Shown here in pieces: positions 1 to 9,706 of a stretch of DNA of 45,831 nt. Under the pieces are notes generated by a model. The model had not been told where the DNA came from and made no database searches. It saw only the letters and a program-made list of their open reading frames with translations. The position numbers and the translations under genes were made by a program. Within the stretch, counting starts at the first letter, position 1, and each line of letters starts with the position of its first letter. The stretch is from a bacterium (GTDB taxonomy: Bacteria; Patescibacteriota; Saccharimonadia; Saccharimonadales; SZUA-47), in the NCBI GenBank assembly GCA_009923445.1, contig RFTN01000006.1, positions 1 through 45,831 of the forward strand, in the 5' to 3' direction.

Positions 1-446
1 TCTGACAATGCAGGAGCGGGTGCTAGAGCGGGTAATGGTAGAGATGAAGACACTGGTGACATATAGAATGGTGCAGGTGTTGGAGAAGGAACTGGTGCAA
101 TGTTTTGAATATTAACTGGACTAGGGCTAGGGGCGAAGTTAACCAGACTGGGGTAAGGGTCAAATTTAATCGCGCTACCAACAAGTGCAGGTGCAGGCAT
201 GGACGTAGATGGAGAAGGAACTGGTGCAGTATTTTGAATATTAACTGGACTAGGGCTAGGGGCGGGACTTGGGTTTAGTTGACTTATAAACTTTGACAAA
301 TTGAGGCAAGAAGGTCCAGGGCATGGAGCAGGTGCTGGTGTAGGTGTAGGTGTAGTTGTGTCCTGAGGTTTGTTCATAAAAAAGTATACTCCTATTGAGG
401 ACACGATCAGTATTACTATAGCAACTATAATGATTACCGCATCCAT
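1..446 (-). CDS. Partial (3'-truncated) Pro/Ser-rich membrane-anchored protein, not in ORF track
   Basis: ATG at 446 (minus) opens MDAVIIIVAIVILIVSSIGVYFFMNKPQDTTTPTPTPAPAPC... with no stop to the window edge. N-terminal hydrophobic helix followed by a duplicated PSPSPVNIQN(T/I)APVPSP segment. Confidence 0.75.
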   Translation of the reverse strand, partial: MDAVIIIVAIVILIVSSIGVYFFMNKPQDTTTPTPTPAPAPCPGPSCLNLSKFISQLNPSPAPSPSPVNIQNTAPVPSPSTSMPAPALVGSAIKFDPYPSLVNFAPSPSPVNIQNIAPVPSPTPAPFYMSPVSSSLPLPALAPAPALS

Positions 447-504
447 TAGCACTTAATATTGCTTAAAAAAAAAGGAATTACAAATTGCATAATCGTATTC
501 TAAA

Positions 505-2013
505 ATGTACTTAAGTAAAAGAGGCTATGTTATTCCTAAATGCAAAATTACACAAAATGACCTTGACCAATTAAAAAAGACGCTACAAGGTCGACCGATT
601 GTTGACGACAAGTTCAATACACGCGCGTGTACTTTCCCATTATACATAGAAACACGAAATAAGTTGTATATACCTAAGATGTATGGTATAGAAAGGTTTG
701 GGTATCCAGATTTGCAATTAGGCAATTTCACCCCCGTTCCATGGGAATCTCCGAATGCGGAGTTTGTAGGGCATCTTCAGGAAATTCAGGAAATATCAAG
801 TAGAGCACTTCTAGACGCCTTGTACACAAAAGGAGGTGGTATATTGTCACTTGGAACAGGACTTGGAAAGACTGTTACTGCATTGTACGTGTTGTCAAAA
901 TTGCGCACAAAGACGCTTGTTATTGTGAACAAAATACCGTTGATGAAACAATGGGAATCCGAAATTAAACAATTCCTTCCAGGGACATCCATTGGATTCC
1001 TACAAGGTTCTAAAAATGTATCAGTACACGGCGCCGATATTGTCATTGGAATGCTTCAAAGCCTTGCCAAAGTCGATTACCCAAGCGAGCTCTTTAGCGA
1101 TTTTGGATGCCTAGTTGTAGATGAGACCCACAACATTGCAAGTCGTGTTTTCTCACAAGTGTTGCTAAAGGTGTGTTGCAAATACACCATTGGCCTCACT
1201 GCAACACCTCAACGAAGCGACGGCTGCGAGTATGTCTTTAAGTGGTTCCTGGGGGACATTGTCTTTAAGAGTAAGCTTGAAAGATCAGGTTTGTCGCCTA
1301 TATTGCGAATGACCAAGCTCAATAGCACTGAGTATCGAGAAATTACTACAGTCAATCGTTTGACGGGAAAGACCACCATTCAGTTCACAAGTATGCTCAC
1401 CGAACTAGTAGACATGACCTCTCGTAACTTGTTTATTGTATACACAATCAAACAATTGATGTTAGAAGACCGCAAAGTGCTTGTCCTTAGTGACCGCCGA
1501 GACCATCTTAAGAGACTTTCCAATTTACTAAAGGGTGACAAAGACGTCCACTTTACATTTGGATTTTTTATAGGACAAATGAAACTTATCGACCTTGAAG
1601 CCACCAAACGATGTGATGTAATATTGGCTACATACTCTGCCTTTAGCGAAGGTGTTTCCGTTAAAGACTTGAACACACTATTACTCGTGACTCCTAAAAA
1701 GTACGTTGGACATCTTCCTAAAAATACTAAAAACGAGTCTGGAAAAATGGAACAAATTGTTGGACGCATTTTTCGCAAAGACCATACGGACATCGCACCC
1801 ATGATCGTCGACCTCTTTGACAATTTTTCTGTCTATAAATCTCAAGCCAATGGCCGCCGCCACTTTTACAAAACACACTTTAATTCAATTCGCATAGAAA
1901 CAGTCGCTGTCGACCTAGATACATTTGACCGCAATAAAACTGTGGACGGACACGTCGTGGACGCCGATGTAGACGATGTGAACACAGGACATGTTCTGGA
2001 GTTTATTGATTAA
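505..2013 (+). CDS. Superfamily 2 DEAD/H helicase, NCLDV A18-like
   Basis: Walker A GTGLGKT, DETH box, motif III TAT, motif VI QIVGRIFR. Confidence 0.88.
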   Translation: MYLSKRGYVIPKCKITQNDLDQLKKTLQGRPIVDDKFNTRACTFPLYIETRNKLYIPKMYGIERFGYPDLQLGNFTPVPWESPNAEFVGHLQEIQEISSRALLDALYTKGGGILSLGTGLGKTVTALYVLSKLRTKTLVIVNKIPLMKQWESEIKQFLPGTSIGFLQGSKNVSVHGADIVIGMLQSLAKVDYPSELFSDFGCLVVDETHNIASRVFSQVLLKVCCKYTIGLTATPQRSDGCEYVFKWFLGDIVFKSKLERSGLSPILRMTKLNSTEYREITTVNRLTGKTTIQFTSMLTELVDMTSRNLFIVYTIKQLMLEDRKVLVLSDRRDHLKRLSNLLKGDKDVHFTFGFFIGQMKLIDLEATKRCDVILATYSAFSEGVSVKDLNTLLLVTPKKYVGHLPKNTKNESGKMEQIVGRIFRKDHTDIAPMIVDLFDNFSVYKSQANGRRHFYKTHFNSIRIETVAVDLDTFDRNKTVDGHVVDADVDDVNTGHVLEFID

Positions 2014-2776
2014 CTTGACCAAAGTTTGCAGCATCCACTTCATCTACACCCGACACAACTGTCATATCTACTTTGCGTACTGGATAACAAGAGCTAGATT
2101 CCTCCGGTAGTGGTGATGCTTCGGTAATTGTCTTGACATTAGGAGACACCACTATCTTGTCACCTTGAGGTGTAGAAACAACTGCAGGAGAAATGACCAC
2201 AGAAGGATTAATTACGGCGGTTCCTGAAGGTGTATTGACAACTGTGGGTGTGATCACAATTGCATTGTCTTTTTGCTCTACCGAGTTAACAACGGGGGTA
2301 TTGTTCACCATACCATTGATATTTTGCATAGCACCTTGAACAGCATCATTGACACTTGGTGCTATGACGACATTCGGGACGACAGCAGTATTGTCCATGC
2401 CTTCAAGATATTCAGCTCCCACTACATTATCCATGAACTCTGGCTTGGCATCCTTGAAAATCTCGTCCCTAACATTGTCCATAAACTCAAATGCACCTCT
2501 TTCATTAAGCAAATTGATAGTAATCATAAAGGCTAATGAAATCATAAGTGAAGTGCTTGGACTGAATTGAGCGGTCCATAAAATCAATGAAAAAACAAAC
2601 AATTTAAAATACACGTTATCAAACAAAACAAGGATTTTGGCAGGCAAAGCAGGAGCAATTCTTGCTGCGTACAAGATCAACAACAAATTAACAAACCCCC
2701 TTACCAACTTTGGCTTCCTGTAAATTTTCTCCAAGATGTCGTTGGCTGCTTTATCGAATTTTTGAACAACCTCCAT
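2003..2776 (-). CDS. Hypothetical multi-pass membrane protein (paralogue of 12113-12805)
   Basis: N-terminal hydrophobic helices with a LYAARIAP..P...LFDNVYFKL motif, and a Val/Pro-rich C-terminal tail. Confidence 0.7.
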   Translation of the reverse strand: MEVVQKFDKAANDILEKIYRKPKLVRGFVNLLLILYAARIAPALPAKILVLFDNVYFKLFVFSLILWTAQFSPSTSLMISLAFMITINLLNERGAFEFMDNVRDEIFKDAKPEFMDNVVGAEYLEGMDNTAVVPNVVIAPSVNDAVQGAMQNINGMVNNTPVVNSVEQKDNAIVITPTVVNTPSGTAVINPSVVISPAVVSTPQGDKIVVSPNVKTITEASPLPEESSSCYPVRKVDMTVVSGVDEVDAANFGQVNQ

Positions 2777-2825
2777 ATTTTATTATTATTTAATAAAATA
2801 TTTATTTACACAATCACATTTATTT

Positions 2826-3896
2826 TTAGTATCGTTTCGTAGCCTTGCGCGTAGACTTTCTCTTGGCACTGGTCTTACGAGTAGACTTGCGTGTAGACTT
2901 TCTCTTGGCACTGGTCTTACGCGTAGACTTGCGTGTAGACTTTCTCTTGGCACTGGTCTTACGAGTAGACTTGCGTTTAGTAGACTTGCGTGTAGACTTT
3001 CTCTTGGTACTGGTTTTACGAGTGGACTTGCGTTTAGTAGACTTGCGTTTCTTTGATGTTGAACGGGAACTGCGCGTATTTGAGATCTTACGTTTGGTGG
3101 AACGGCGTTTGGAGCTGCTCTTACGTTTGGTGGAACGGCGTTTGGAGCTAGTCTTACGTTTGGTCGAACGGCGTTTGGAGGTGCTCTTACGTTTGGTGGA
3201 ACGGCGTTTGGAGCTAGTCTTACGTTTGGTCGAACGGCGTTTGGAGGTGCTCTTACGTTTGGTTGAACGGCGTTTGGAGCTGCTCTTACGTTTGGTGGAA
3301 GGGCGTTTAGAGCTCTTGCGTTTTGTGGAACGGCGTTTAGAGCTGCTCTTACGTTTGGTGGAACGGCGTTTGGAGCTGCTCTTACGTTTGGTGGAACGGC
3401 GTTTGGAGCTCTTGCGTTTGGTGGAACGGCGTTTAGAGCTGCTCTTACGGTAAACCCGTTTCTTGGGTGGAGTGTAGGGTTCAATAGTATCCAAGAAAGT
3501 GGCCTGAAGCGTGGGTAGTGCAGAAGGTTCTTTTGTTGCAGAAGATTCTGGTGGCGCAGAAGGCGCAGAAGATTCTGGTGGCGCAGAAGGCGCAGAAGAT
3601 TCTGGTGGCGCAGAAGGCGCAGAAGATTCTGTTGGCGCGGAAGGTTCAGGGTCTTCTGACTTTACAATTGCTGATGAGGATGCAGTAGTGGGTATTGGAA
3701 AGGGTTCCGTAGAATTAAAGAATTCATCCCAAAAATTATTGTCTTCTTGTAGAGTATCTTCTTGAGGATCCAAGAAGACATCGTCATTAGAGTTGCGTCT
3801 TGATTGTTGAGGACCTTCAAAAGCACTATCAGTACGAGTCAAGGTGGTTGTAGGCTCTGTAATGTCCGAGAATACCGGGGAAGGAATGTAAGACAT
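2826..3896 (-). CDS. Lys/Arg/Ser-rich histone H1/protamine-like basic protein with acidic N-terminus
   Basis: ATG start; acidic N-terminal region, SAPSAPPES repeats, then ~200 aa of KRRSTKRKSSS and KRKSTRKTSA repeats. Confidence 0.72.
   Translation of the reverse strand: MSYIPSPVFSDITEPTTTLTRTDSAFEGPQQSRRNSNDDVFLDPQEDTLQEDNNFWDEFFNSTEPFPIPTTASSSAIVKSEDPEPSAPTESSAPSAPPESSAPSAPPESSAPSAPPESSATKEPSALPTLQATFLDTIEPYTPPKKRVYRKSSSKRRSTKRKSSKRRSTKRKSSSKRRSTKRKSSSKRRSTKRKSSKRPSTKRKSSSKRRSTKRKSTSKRRSTKRKTSSKRRSTKRKSTSKRRSTKRKTSSKRRSTKRKSSSKRRSTKRKISNTRSSRSTSKKRKSTKRKSTRKTSTKRKSTRKSTKRKSTRKTSAKRKSTRKSTRKTSAKRKSTRKSTRKTSAKRKSTRKATKRY
2845..3450. repeat. Coding tandem repeats (~33 bp unit, e.g. ttacgtttggtggaacggcgtttggagctgctc) encoding the basic tail
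   Basis: Near-identical tandem copies visible directly. Confidence 0.9.
3538..3645. repeat. 27 bp coding tandem repeat (gcagaagattctggtggcgcagaaggc)
   Basis: About 3-4 tandem copies encoding SAPSAPPES on the minus strand. Confidence 0.85.
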
Positions 3897-3964
3897 CTTT
3901 TTTATTATAATCTACCGCTATAATTTAAAAAAAAGTAATTAACAAATTAATTTAGATAGTGTTA

Positions 3965-4585
3965 ATGACAAGTAGTTTAATGACAGGTCTTGAAAAGTGT
4001 CTTGAAAGCTATGTACCTGAGCACACTGTTAGAAATGCGACAGTAAATAAATTCAAAAAGCTTATTACTGACACTTTAAGTGAGCACCCAGTTTACACTG
4101 GCTATAAGCTTAGTGAAGACAACATTTTAAAACTGGCATTAAATCTTGAAAGAGGTGTATTTAATTATGCCTTACGTGGGTACTGTAAAAAGAAAGTCAA
4201 TGATACATGGAATGACCAATTTAAACGGTTGTACATGAATCGGCTTGTGTGTATTTTTGGAAACCTCAACCCAAATAGTTATATTAAGAACGTACTTCTC
4301 CTAAAAAGACTTCTTGATGGTGAAATCGATGAATTTGAGCTGTGTAATCTTGATCCTGGGAACATGTTTCCTGAACGTCACCAAGCTGCCATAGCCAAGT
4401 ACAAGGCGGACAGTGAAGCTATCAAACCAATCAACCTCGATGACATTCCAGACGGCATTCTCAAGTGTAACAAATGCAAAAGTTACAAGACAGAGTATGT
4501 AGAACTACAAACAAGGAGCCCTGATGAACCCACTTCTAAATTCTGTTACTGCCACAAGTGCGGATTTCGTTGGAAGTTCTGTTAG
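3965..4585 (+). CDS. TFIIS: Transcription elongation factor TFIIS
   Basis: C-terminal zinc ribbon CNKC...QTRSPDEP...CHKCGFRWK; central domain typical of NCLDV TFIIS. The start codon is uncertain. Confidence 0.93.
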   Translation: MTSSLMTGLEKCLESYVPEHTVRNATVNKFKKLITDTLSEHPVYTGYKLSEDNILKLALNLERGVFNYALRGYCKKKVNDTWNDQFKRLYMNRLVCIFGNLNPNSYIKNVLLLKRLLDGEIDEFELCNLDPGNMFPERHQAAIAKYKADSEAIKPINLDDIPDGILKCNKCKSYKTEYVELQTRSPDEPTSKFCYCHKCGFRWKFC

Positions 4586-4609
4586 CTCGAAATTCTCTAC
4601 AATCAACGA

Positions 4610-4617
4610 AAAATTGA
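4610..4617 (+). promoter_or_regulatory. Mimivirus-type early promoter AAAATTGA
   Basis: Exact octamer ~30 nt upstream of ATG 4647. Confidence 0.65.
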
Positions 4618-4646
4618 AATTGAGCCGTGCACAACACGTTTTCAAG

Positions 4647-5006
4647 ATGACCGACGCTCACCAACAACAAATTGCCAACTTGATTCAACAGAAACGTACT
4701 TTGTATAGACGTATGAACAGTCCCAAGGTTGACCTTATAGATAAAGACACCCACTTTACTATTCACATGGAAGTCCCAGGCGTTGACACATCTAATATTG
4801 AAGTTCAAATAATAGATGAACAAATTATATTAGTGACATTGAGAAAACCAGCTCCTGAGATCGATGAAAAAGCTGTGTACAGAGAGTGTAAATACGGTAA
4901 TATTACACGCCGTATTAAACTTCCAAGCAAAGTAATGTCCACTTGTCCGGTCCTAAACGTATCAAACGGCATGTTAGTATTGAACTTTTCAAAAGTTGAA
5001 CAATAA
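4647..5006 (+). CDS. Small heat-shock protein (Hsp20/alpha-crystallin domain)
   Basis: PKVDLID...IHMEVPGV...REcKYGNITRRIKLP...NGMLVL. The first ATG after the promoter is at 4647. Confidence 0.88.
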   Translation: MTDAHQQQIANLIQQKRTLYRRMNSPKVDLIDKDTHFTIHMEVPGVDTSNIEVQIIDEQIILVTLRKPAPEIDEKAVYRECKYGNITRRIKLPSKVMSTCPVLNVSNGMLVLNFSKVEQ

Positions 5007-5049
5007 AGTTTCTTTCAAGTTCAATTTAAAGAAATTGAAAATATTGTAA

Positions 5050-6561
5050 ATGTACACATTTAAGGAGATGTATACAGGTTATTGGACACCAGGCAGCACT
5101 TACAATCGTGGGGACATTGTGTATTGTACGAGTGGGTATTACGTATGTGTACTCAATCATGTGTCGGACAATTTGACATTCCCAAATCCTGAGGACATAC
5201 ACTGGATTGCACTATCACCAGATATATTTACCAACCCTATATTCTGTACATCGGGTTCTTTGATAGAATCTTCAAGACATTTTGGCCCAAGTCTCACAAG
5301 GGAACCGGTCTTAACTCAAAGTGAACCAATTTTGACGACAATCCCGCTTACGGCTTCAAAACAAAAGTCTAAACTTAAGCGCAAGCTTGAGGACATTGAA
5401 AGCCAAATTGACTCCCACAAAAAGCGAAGTCGTGTGGAAGCAGATGTTTCTGATTTGCGCGATCAACTTCTTCTTTTGAAACTCGACATTCCTACAAAAG
5501 CATATATTCTTGAAAAACACGACAATGCAAAAAAGGCCGGTAACAGTGACTACAGCAAAACCATTACTTGGCTAAAAACAGTTGCCAAATTGCCCTTCAA
5601 CAAGCACAAGCGCTTCCCCGTGACAGCTGAAAGTGACCCTAATGAGCTTACCGAATTTTTTGATGATGTCAAGGCAAAATTGGACAAACACATCCTTGGA
5701 CTTGAACCGGTGAAGCAAGAGATCCTACAATTTTTGGCAAGAAAAATAACTAATCCCAACGGCAAAGGACATGTTCTTGCTCTTTGCGGTCAAAAAGGTG
5801 TTGGTAAGACCAAGATCATTCGAAGCCTTGCTGAAGCACTACAACTTCCATTTTATCAAATCAACTTTGGAGGTCTCAACGATGTCAACGTCCTCACTGG
5901 ACACTCGGAAACATACGTTGGGTCAAAGCCAGGAAAAATCGCAGACATCTTGTGCCATGCCGGATATATGAACCCTATCATGTATCTCGACGAAATTGAC
6001 AAAATGAGCGAGTCCAAAAGTCAAGAGCTCAACGGCATCCTTACTCACCTTCTCGATGAAGAACAAAACGACAAGTTCCAAGACAATTACTTGGGAAATG
6101 TCACTTTAAATTTGTCTAAAGTATTCTTTGTTATCGCATTTAATGACATCACTAAAGTAGATGAAATTGTTTCAGACAGGATGACTACAATTTATGTCAG
6201 CCCACCTTCATTTGATGAAAAATTACAAATCGCCAAAACAAAGGTGATCCCCGAAATCGTGAGCTCAGTCAACATGCAACGCAACGTGTGTATTCCAGAT
6301 GATGTCATCCGACATGTGATGTCCTACACATTAGATGATCCAGGTGTAAGGCAACTAAAGAAAAACATTGAAAAAGTAATCTACAAACTTAACTATGATA
6401 CACTTGTATGCGGAAACAACCTACCCAACGGACTGACCCTAGAACAAACATCCTCACGTCGATCACGTACAAAAACTACTGTAATTGTAAGCCAAGACTA
6501 TGTGGACAGGGTGATATCGAAAAAGGAAACTGATACAAGTTATTTATCAATGTACACCTAA
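5050..6561 (+). CDS. Lon-type AAA+ ATPase lacking the protease domain, with N-terminal CBM5/12-like module
   Basis: GLEPVKQEIL, Walker A GQKGVGKT, GHSETYVGSKPGKI, Walker B YLDEIDK, FQDNY, PGVRQL. N-terminus WTPGSTYNRGDIVYC..GYYVCVLNHVS...P....W. Confidence 0.85.
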   Translation: MYTFKEMYTGYWTPGSTYNRGDIVYCTSGYYVCVLNHVSDNLTFPNPEDIHWIALSPDIFTNPIFCTSGSLIESSRHFGPSLTREPVLTQSEPILTTIPLTASKQKSKLKRKLEDIESQIDSHKKRSRVEADVSDLRDQLLLLKLDIPTKAYILEKHDNAKKAGNSDYSKTITWLKTVAKLPFNKHKRFPVTAESDPNELTEFFDDVKAKLDKHILGLEPVKQEILQFLARKITNPNGKGHVLALCGQKGVGKTKIIRSLAEALQLPFYQINFGGLNDVNVLTGHSETYVGSKPGKIADILCHAGYMNPIMYLDEIDKMSESKSQELNGILTHLLDEEQNDKFQDNYLGNVTLNLSKVFFVIAFNDITKVDEIVSDRMTTIYVSPPSFDEKLQIAKTKVIPEIVSSVNMQRNVCIPDDVIRHVMSYTLDDPGVRQLKKNIEKVIYKLNYDTLVCGNNLPNGLTLEQTSSRRSRTKTTVIVSQDYVDRVISKKETDTSYLSMYT

Positions 6562-6616
6562 CGACAAACAAAAAGAATACCCAAGGTTGTCCTTTTTTGA
6601 CTCAGCCCCGTATACA

Positions 6617-6937
6617 CTAAAATACAAAGAACAATGCTATGAAAACAAAAAGAATTCCTATATAAAAGTATCGGTTGTCCTTTTGAACAATATGACTCAA
6701 GTGGTCTACTAGATTGCGTCCGTCTTGTGGATTCAACAAGTCCCCAAGAAATCCCAAAATAGCATCAGAAAAGCTTTTAAAAAATATGTGAACGGGCCCT
6801 TTTGATTCACCATTTTCACTACTAGCTTGTGATTGTGAGCCTTTAAGGAACACATTTGAAATGACATAACTTTTGGGTTGCTGTAGAATATTTCGTGTTT
6901 CCTCGTAAGGCTTGTACTCGGCAAAGGTATTTTCCAT
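6617..6937 (-). CDS. Hypothetical protein with C-terminal transmembrane helix
   Basis: ATG-started ORF ending in KDNRYFYIGILFVFIALFFVF. Confidence 0.65.
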   Translation of the reverse strand: MENTFAEYKPYEETRNILQQPKSYVISNVFLKGSQSQASSENGESKGPVHIFFKSFSDAILGFLGDLLNPQDGRNLVDHLSHIVQKDNRYFYIGILFVFIALFFVF

Positions 6938-6942
6938 TACTT

Positions 6943-7473
6943 TTACTCAGAAATTTCGCTTAAATTAATAGGATTCTCAAACAATGGTAATTTCAGGAAT
7001 GGTTTACTGTGGACATTAGGAATCAAACTTTGAAGGTTTGCAAGTTTTTGACGCGTGTCTCTTAAATTTGTCTGGATCTTTAGCAAAATGATGTCCATTT
7101 GTGTACTAATGTTTGGATCATTCTGATATGTAAATTTAAGGTTTTCTATGCCCATTTTTGCATGTTCAAGTTCACTTAAAAGGATACTTAGTGATTCACA
7201 AGACTTGAAAAATGTTTCGCTTTCATTATTTGTGGGTGCAAGGTGTTTGCTGTTTAGAAAATGCGTAATGGTATCCAAGGCTTCATTCACGATGCTGTTT
7301 ATTTCAAAAATGGCTTGCTTACGAGAATCTGCAAGCAAAAAACGTTTTAGTGGCTGATACAAGACATCGGACTCCAACGAGATTACGCCATCGTAACTTC
7401 TTGTGATTCTTCCATTTTTCTGTATTTTGCTTATTATCTTGAGATTGATAAGCAATTTGTCCGGCAAGTTCAT
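6943..7473 (-). CDS. Hypothetical helical protein (NCLDV-like conserved hypothetical)
   Basis: ATG ORF fills the gap between neighbours; INLKIISKI...GIENLKFTY pattern. Confidence 0.65.
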   Translation of the reverse strand: MNLPDKLLINLKIISKIQKNGRITRSYDGVISLESDVLYQPLKRFLLADSRKQAIFEINSIVNEALDTITHFLNSKHLAPTNNESETFFKSCESLSILLSELEHAKMGIENLKFTYQNDPNISTQMDIILLKIQTNLRDTRQKLANLQSLIPNVHSKPFLKLPLFENPINLSEISE

Positions 7474-7561
7474 TACATAAGTCTTTGAAAAAAAACAGAC
7501 AAAAACCGCCGCGGTTCACTAGTTTCTTTTTTTTAGGTGTGCTTTGTATGTTGTGCTTGTT

Positions 7562-7978
7562 ATGTCTGGAAGACCGGACTGGGACACGTATTTCATTCAA
7601 TTAGCTGAAGCTGTGAAACAACGATCCCCTGATTTTACCAAAGTCGGTGCAGTAATGGTGTCTCAAAAAGACCACAGAATTATCGCTTGTGGGTACAATG
7701 GACTTCCTCAAGGCATATCAGATGACATAGATTGGAATGACAGAGACCTTGTTCACAGTATGGTCATTCATGCCGAAGCCAATTGTATTTTGTATGCCAA
7801 TAGCAAATTCGAAAATACTACCATGTACATTTCCAAGAGCCCATGTACCAAGTGCATCAAATTGATTGCCGCAGCTCAAATACGCAAAATCGTATACAAA
7901 GAACCTTACAAGGACATTGAGCTCGTCAAACGATTGTGTGATATCTTCAAAATTGAATTAGTTCAATTCTGCAATTAA
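7562..7978 (+). CDS. dCMP deaminase (cytidine/deoxycytidylate deaminase family)
   Basis: RPDWDTYF, KVGAV, GYNG, HAEAN and PCTKC zinc motifs. Confidence 0.92.
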   Translation: MSGRPDWDTYFIQLAEAVKQRSPDFTKVGAVMVSQKDHRIIACGYNGLPQGISDDIDWNDRDLVHSMVIHAEANCILYANSKFENTTMYISKSPCTKCIKLIAAAQIRKIVYKEPYKDIELVKRLCDIFKIELVQFCN

Positions 7979-7995
7979 TTGCATTTAAAGTTTAA

Positions 7996-8003
7996 AAAAT
8001 TGA
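7996..8003 (+). promoter_or_regulatory. Mimivirus-type early promoter AAAATTGA
   Basis: Exact octamer ~30 nt upstream of ATG 8033. Confidence 0.6.
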
Positions 8004-8032
8004 GTTGTACACAAGCAAATAGTTATCTGTCA

Positions 8033-9595
8033 ATGAATCTAGAAACGCAAATTGATCTTCTCAAAAATGAGATTCAGGCAATGATTAATAATGGTGATAA
8101 CACAGATGCAAAAGAGGCCAAGACTGCCACACTGCGAGAACTTACTCATAGATTGCGTTCTGACACGAACGATTGTATGGACGACACTAATGATGACACT
8201 AACGCTGAGGTGGACGCGAACGCTGTGGTTGACACTACAACAGGGGAACGATACCTTGACTTTCTCAGTTACTCTCAAATATATTCCCAATACGATCCTA
8301 AGGATGTGCAAGGTATCTTATTCCTAGACGTGTCTGTACTTACAAAGTATGGGTTGTGTCCATTTATTAAAATTGAGCTGGACCCAAATAATGCCGAAAT
8401 GAATGTATCCAATGCAAATGCTATTCGAAACGAACGACTCAAGTGGCTTGAGAGTCAAGACGACAAAGGTGAATTGTATGGAAATCTTGTAGACACGTTG
8501 GTGCACAAGAAGGGTATAAAGGAAGCCCAAGGTGAACTTGACGCTGTCACTCTTGAGATTCAAGAATTCATAAACACGCACCTTGACCCGGAACACAAGG
8601 TCACCCTTGAGACGGTAGAAACAATGGTATCAGAAGTGGTGTCCAGCAACATCAAAACCAAGAAGATAAAAATGGTATTCAAGAATGTTGTCAAATTGTT
8701 GACAGATCTGTTTCACGAGACTGGTATACCTCTACATGAGTACATCAGTCTTAAATACGACATTCAAATCGTCTTGAATACAAACTGTGACAGCGACAAC
8801 ATTAGCGTCGGCGCAAGTGACAATGATAAATTACGCAGTATTTTTTCAGACAATTTTCTTGAATTGTGCAAACGGTACTCCGACGCGAATGCTCTTGTAC
8901 AACAACGTACTCGCTACGTGAACAATGTATTAAAAAACTTGACAAACGAGTTGTATTTGTACATAACACATCAAAAGAACTTTTACATGACGGCCAAGCC
9001 CAAGTCCGTGAGCCAAGAAGGGAAGTACTTTAAGCGCTGGGTGCTACTTACAGACGATGAACGCCAAGATCGTTTTTCCAGTTTTGCTAATTATTATATT
9101 GAAAAGTACATGGTGCAAGAAGGTATTCTCGACACAAGTAGACGCGAGGCAACAGTAAAAAGTTTGACCGATTTGCTTGTAGAAGGATATACTTCCAAGA
9201 GACTGATGTACAAACATTTGAACTACACGCCCAAAAAAGGAATGATTGAGGGCATCAAAATACTGAAGTACAATCGTGACACTCACACATTTTGGCTCAA
9301 GTACGGTGAACTTCCACAAGGCTCTGAAGATAGATCCAAAAAGAAGAGCTCAACAAAAAGTATATTTTCCAAGGAAACCGAAAAGGTCATCAATGAGGCA
9401 GTCTTGTATTACGTCATAAAGAATAATGGAACGGCAAGTGATACAAAGCTGTTTATTGAGCATATCAAAAACAAACTTAAAATAAAGAAAATATCTTCTG
9501 GTGATAAAGCCAAGCTATTACAAAAATACACAGACATCAGTTCGGTTGTTTTGGAGTCCAAAAAAGACTCTAGTACTTTGCAACACGTAGTGTAA
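8033..9595 (+). CDS. Hypothetical protein (coiled-coil N-terminus)
   Basis: Long ORF, first ATG at 8033; no catalytic motif recognised. Confidence 0.75.
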   Translation: MNLETQIDLLKNEIQAMINNGDNTDAKEAKTATLRELTHRLRSDTNDCMDDTNDDTNAEVDANAVVDTTTGERYLDFLSYSQIYSQYDPKDVQGILFLDVSVLTKYGLCPFIKIELDPNNAEMNVSNANAIRNERLKWLESQDDKGELYGNLVDTLVHKKGIKEAQGELDAVTLEIQEFINTHLDPEHKVTLETVETMVSEVVSSNIKTKKIKMVFKNVVKLLTDLFHETGIPLHEYISLKYDIQIVLNTNCDSDNISVGASDNDKLRSIFSDNFLELCKRYSDANALVQQRTRYVNNVLKNLTNELYLYITHQKNFYMTAKPKSVSQEGKYFKRWVLLTDDERQDRFSSFANYYIEKYMVQEGILDTSRREATVKSLTDLLVEGYTSKRLMYKHLNYTPKKGMIEGIKILKYNRDTHTFWLKYGELPQGSEDRSKKKSSTKSIFSKETEKVINEAVLYYVIKNNGTASDTKLFIEHIKNKLKIKKISSGDKAKLLQKYTDISSVVLESKKDSSTLQHVV

Positions 9596-9605
9596 CACGC
9601 ACTTT

Positions 9606-9669
9606 GACACTTCGACACTTCGACACTTCGACACTTCGACACTTCGACACTTCGACACTTCGACACTTC
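9606..9669. repeat. Perfect intergenic tandem repeat (GACACTTC)x8
   Basis: Eight exact 8-mer copies counted. Confidence 0.97.
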
Positions 9670-9706
9670 GTTTGTATGCAATAAAAGTAATCAGGGTTCC
9701 TTGTAA

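Noticed and set aside
2786-3484. Overlapping ORFs 2786-3484 (-) and 2845-3453 (+)
   Set aside because: Alternative frames of a stop-poor tandem repeat with non-ATG starts. The ATG-initiated basic-protein frame is more plausible.
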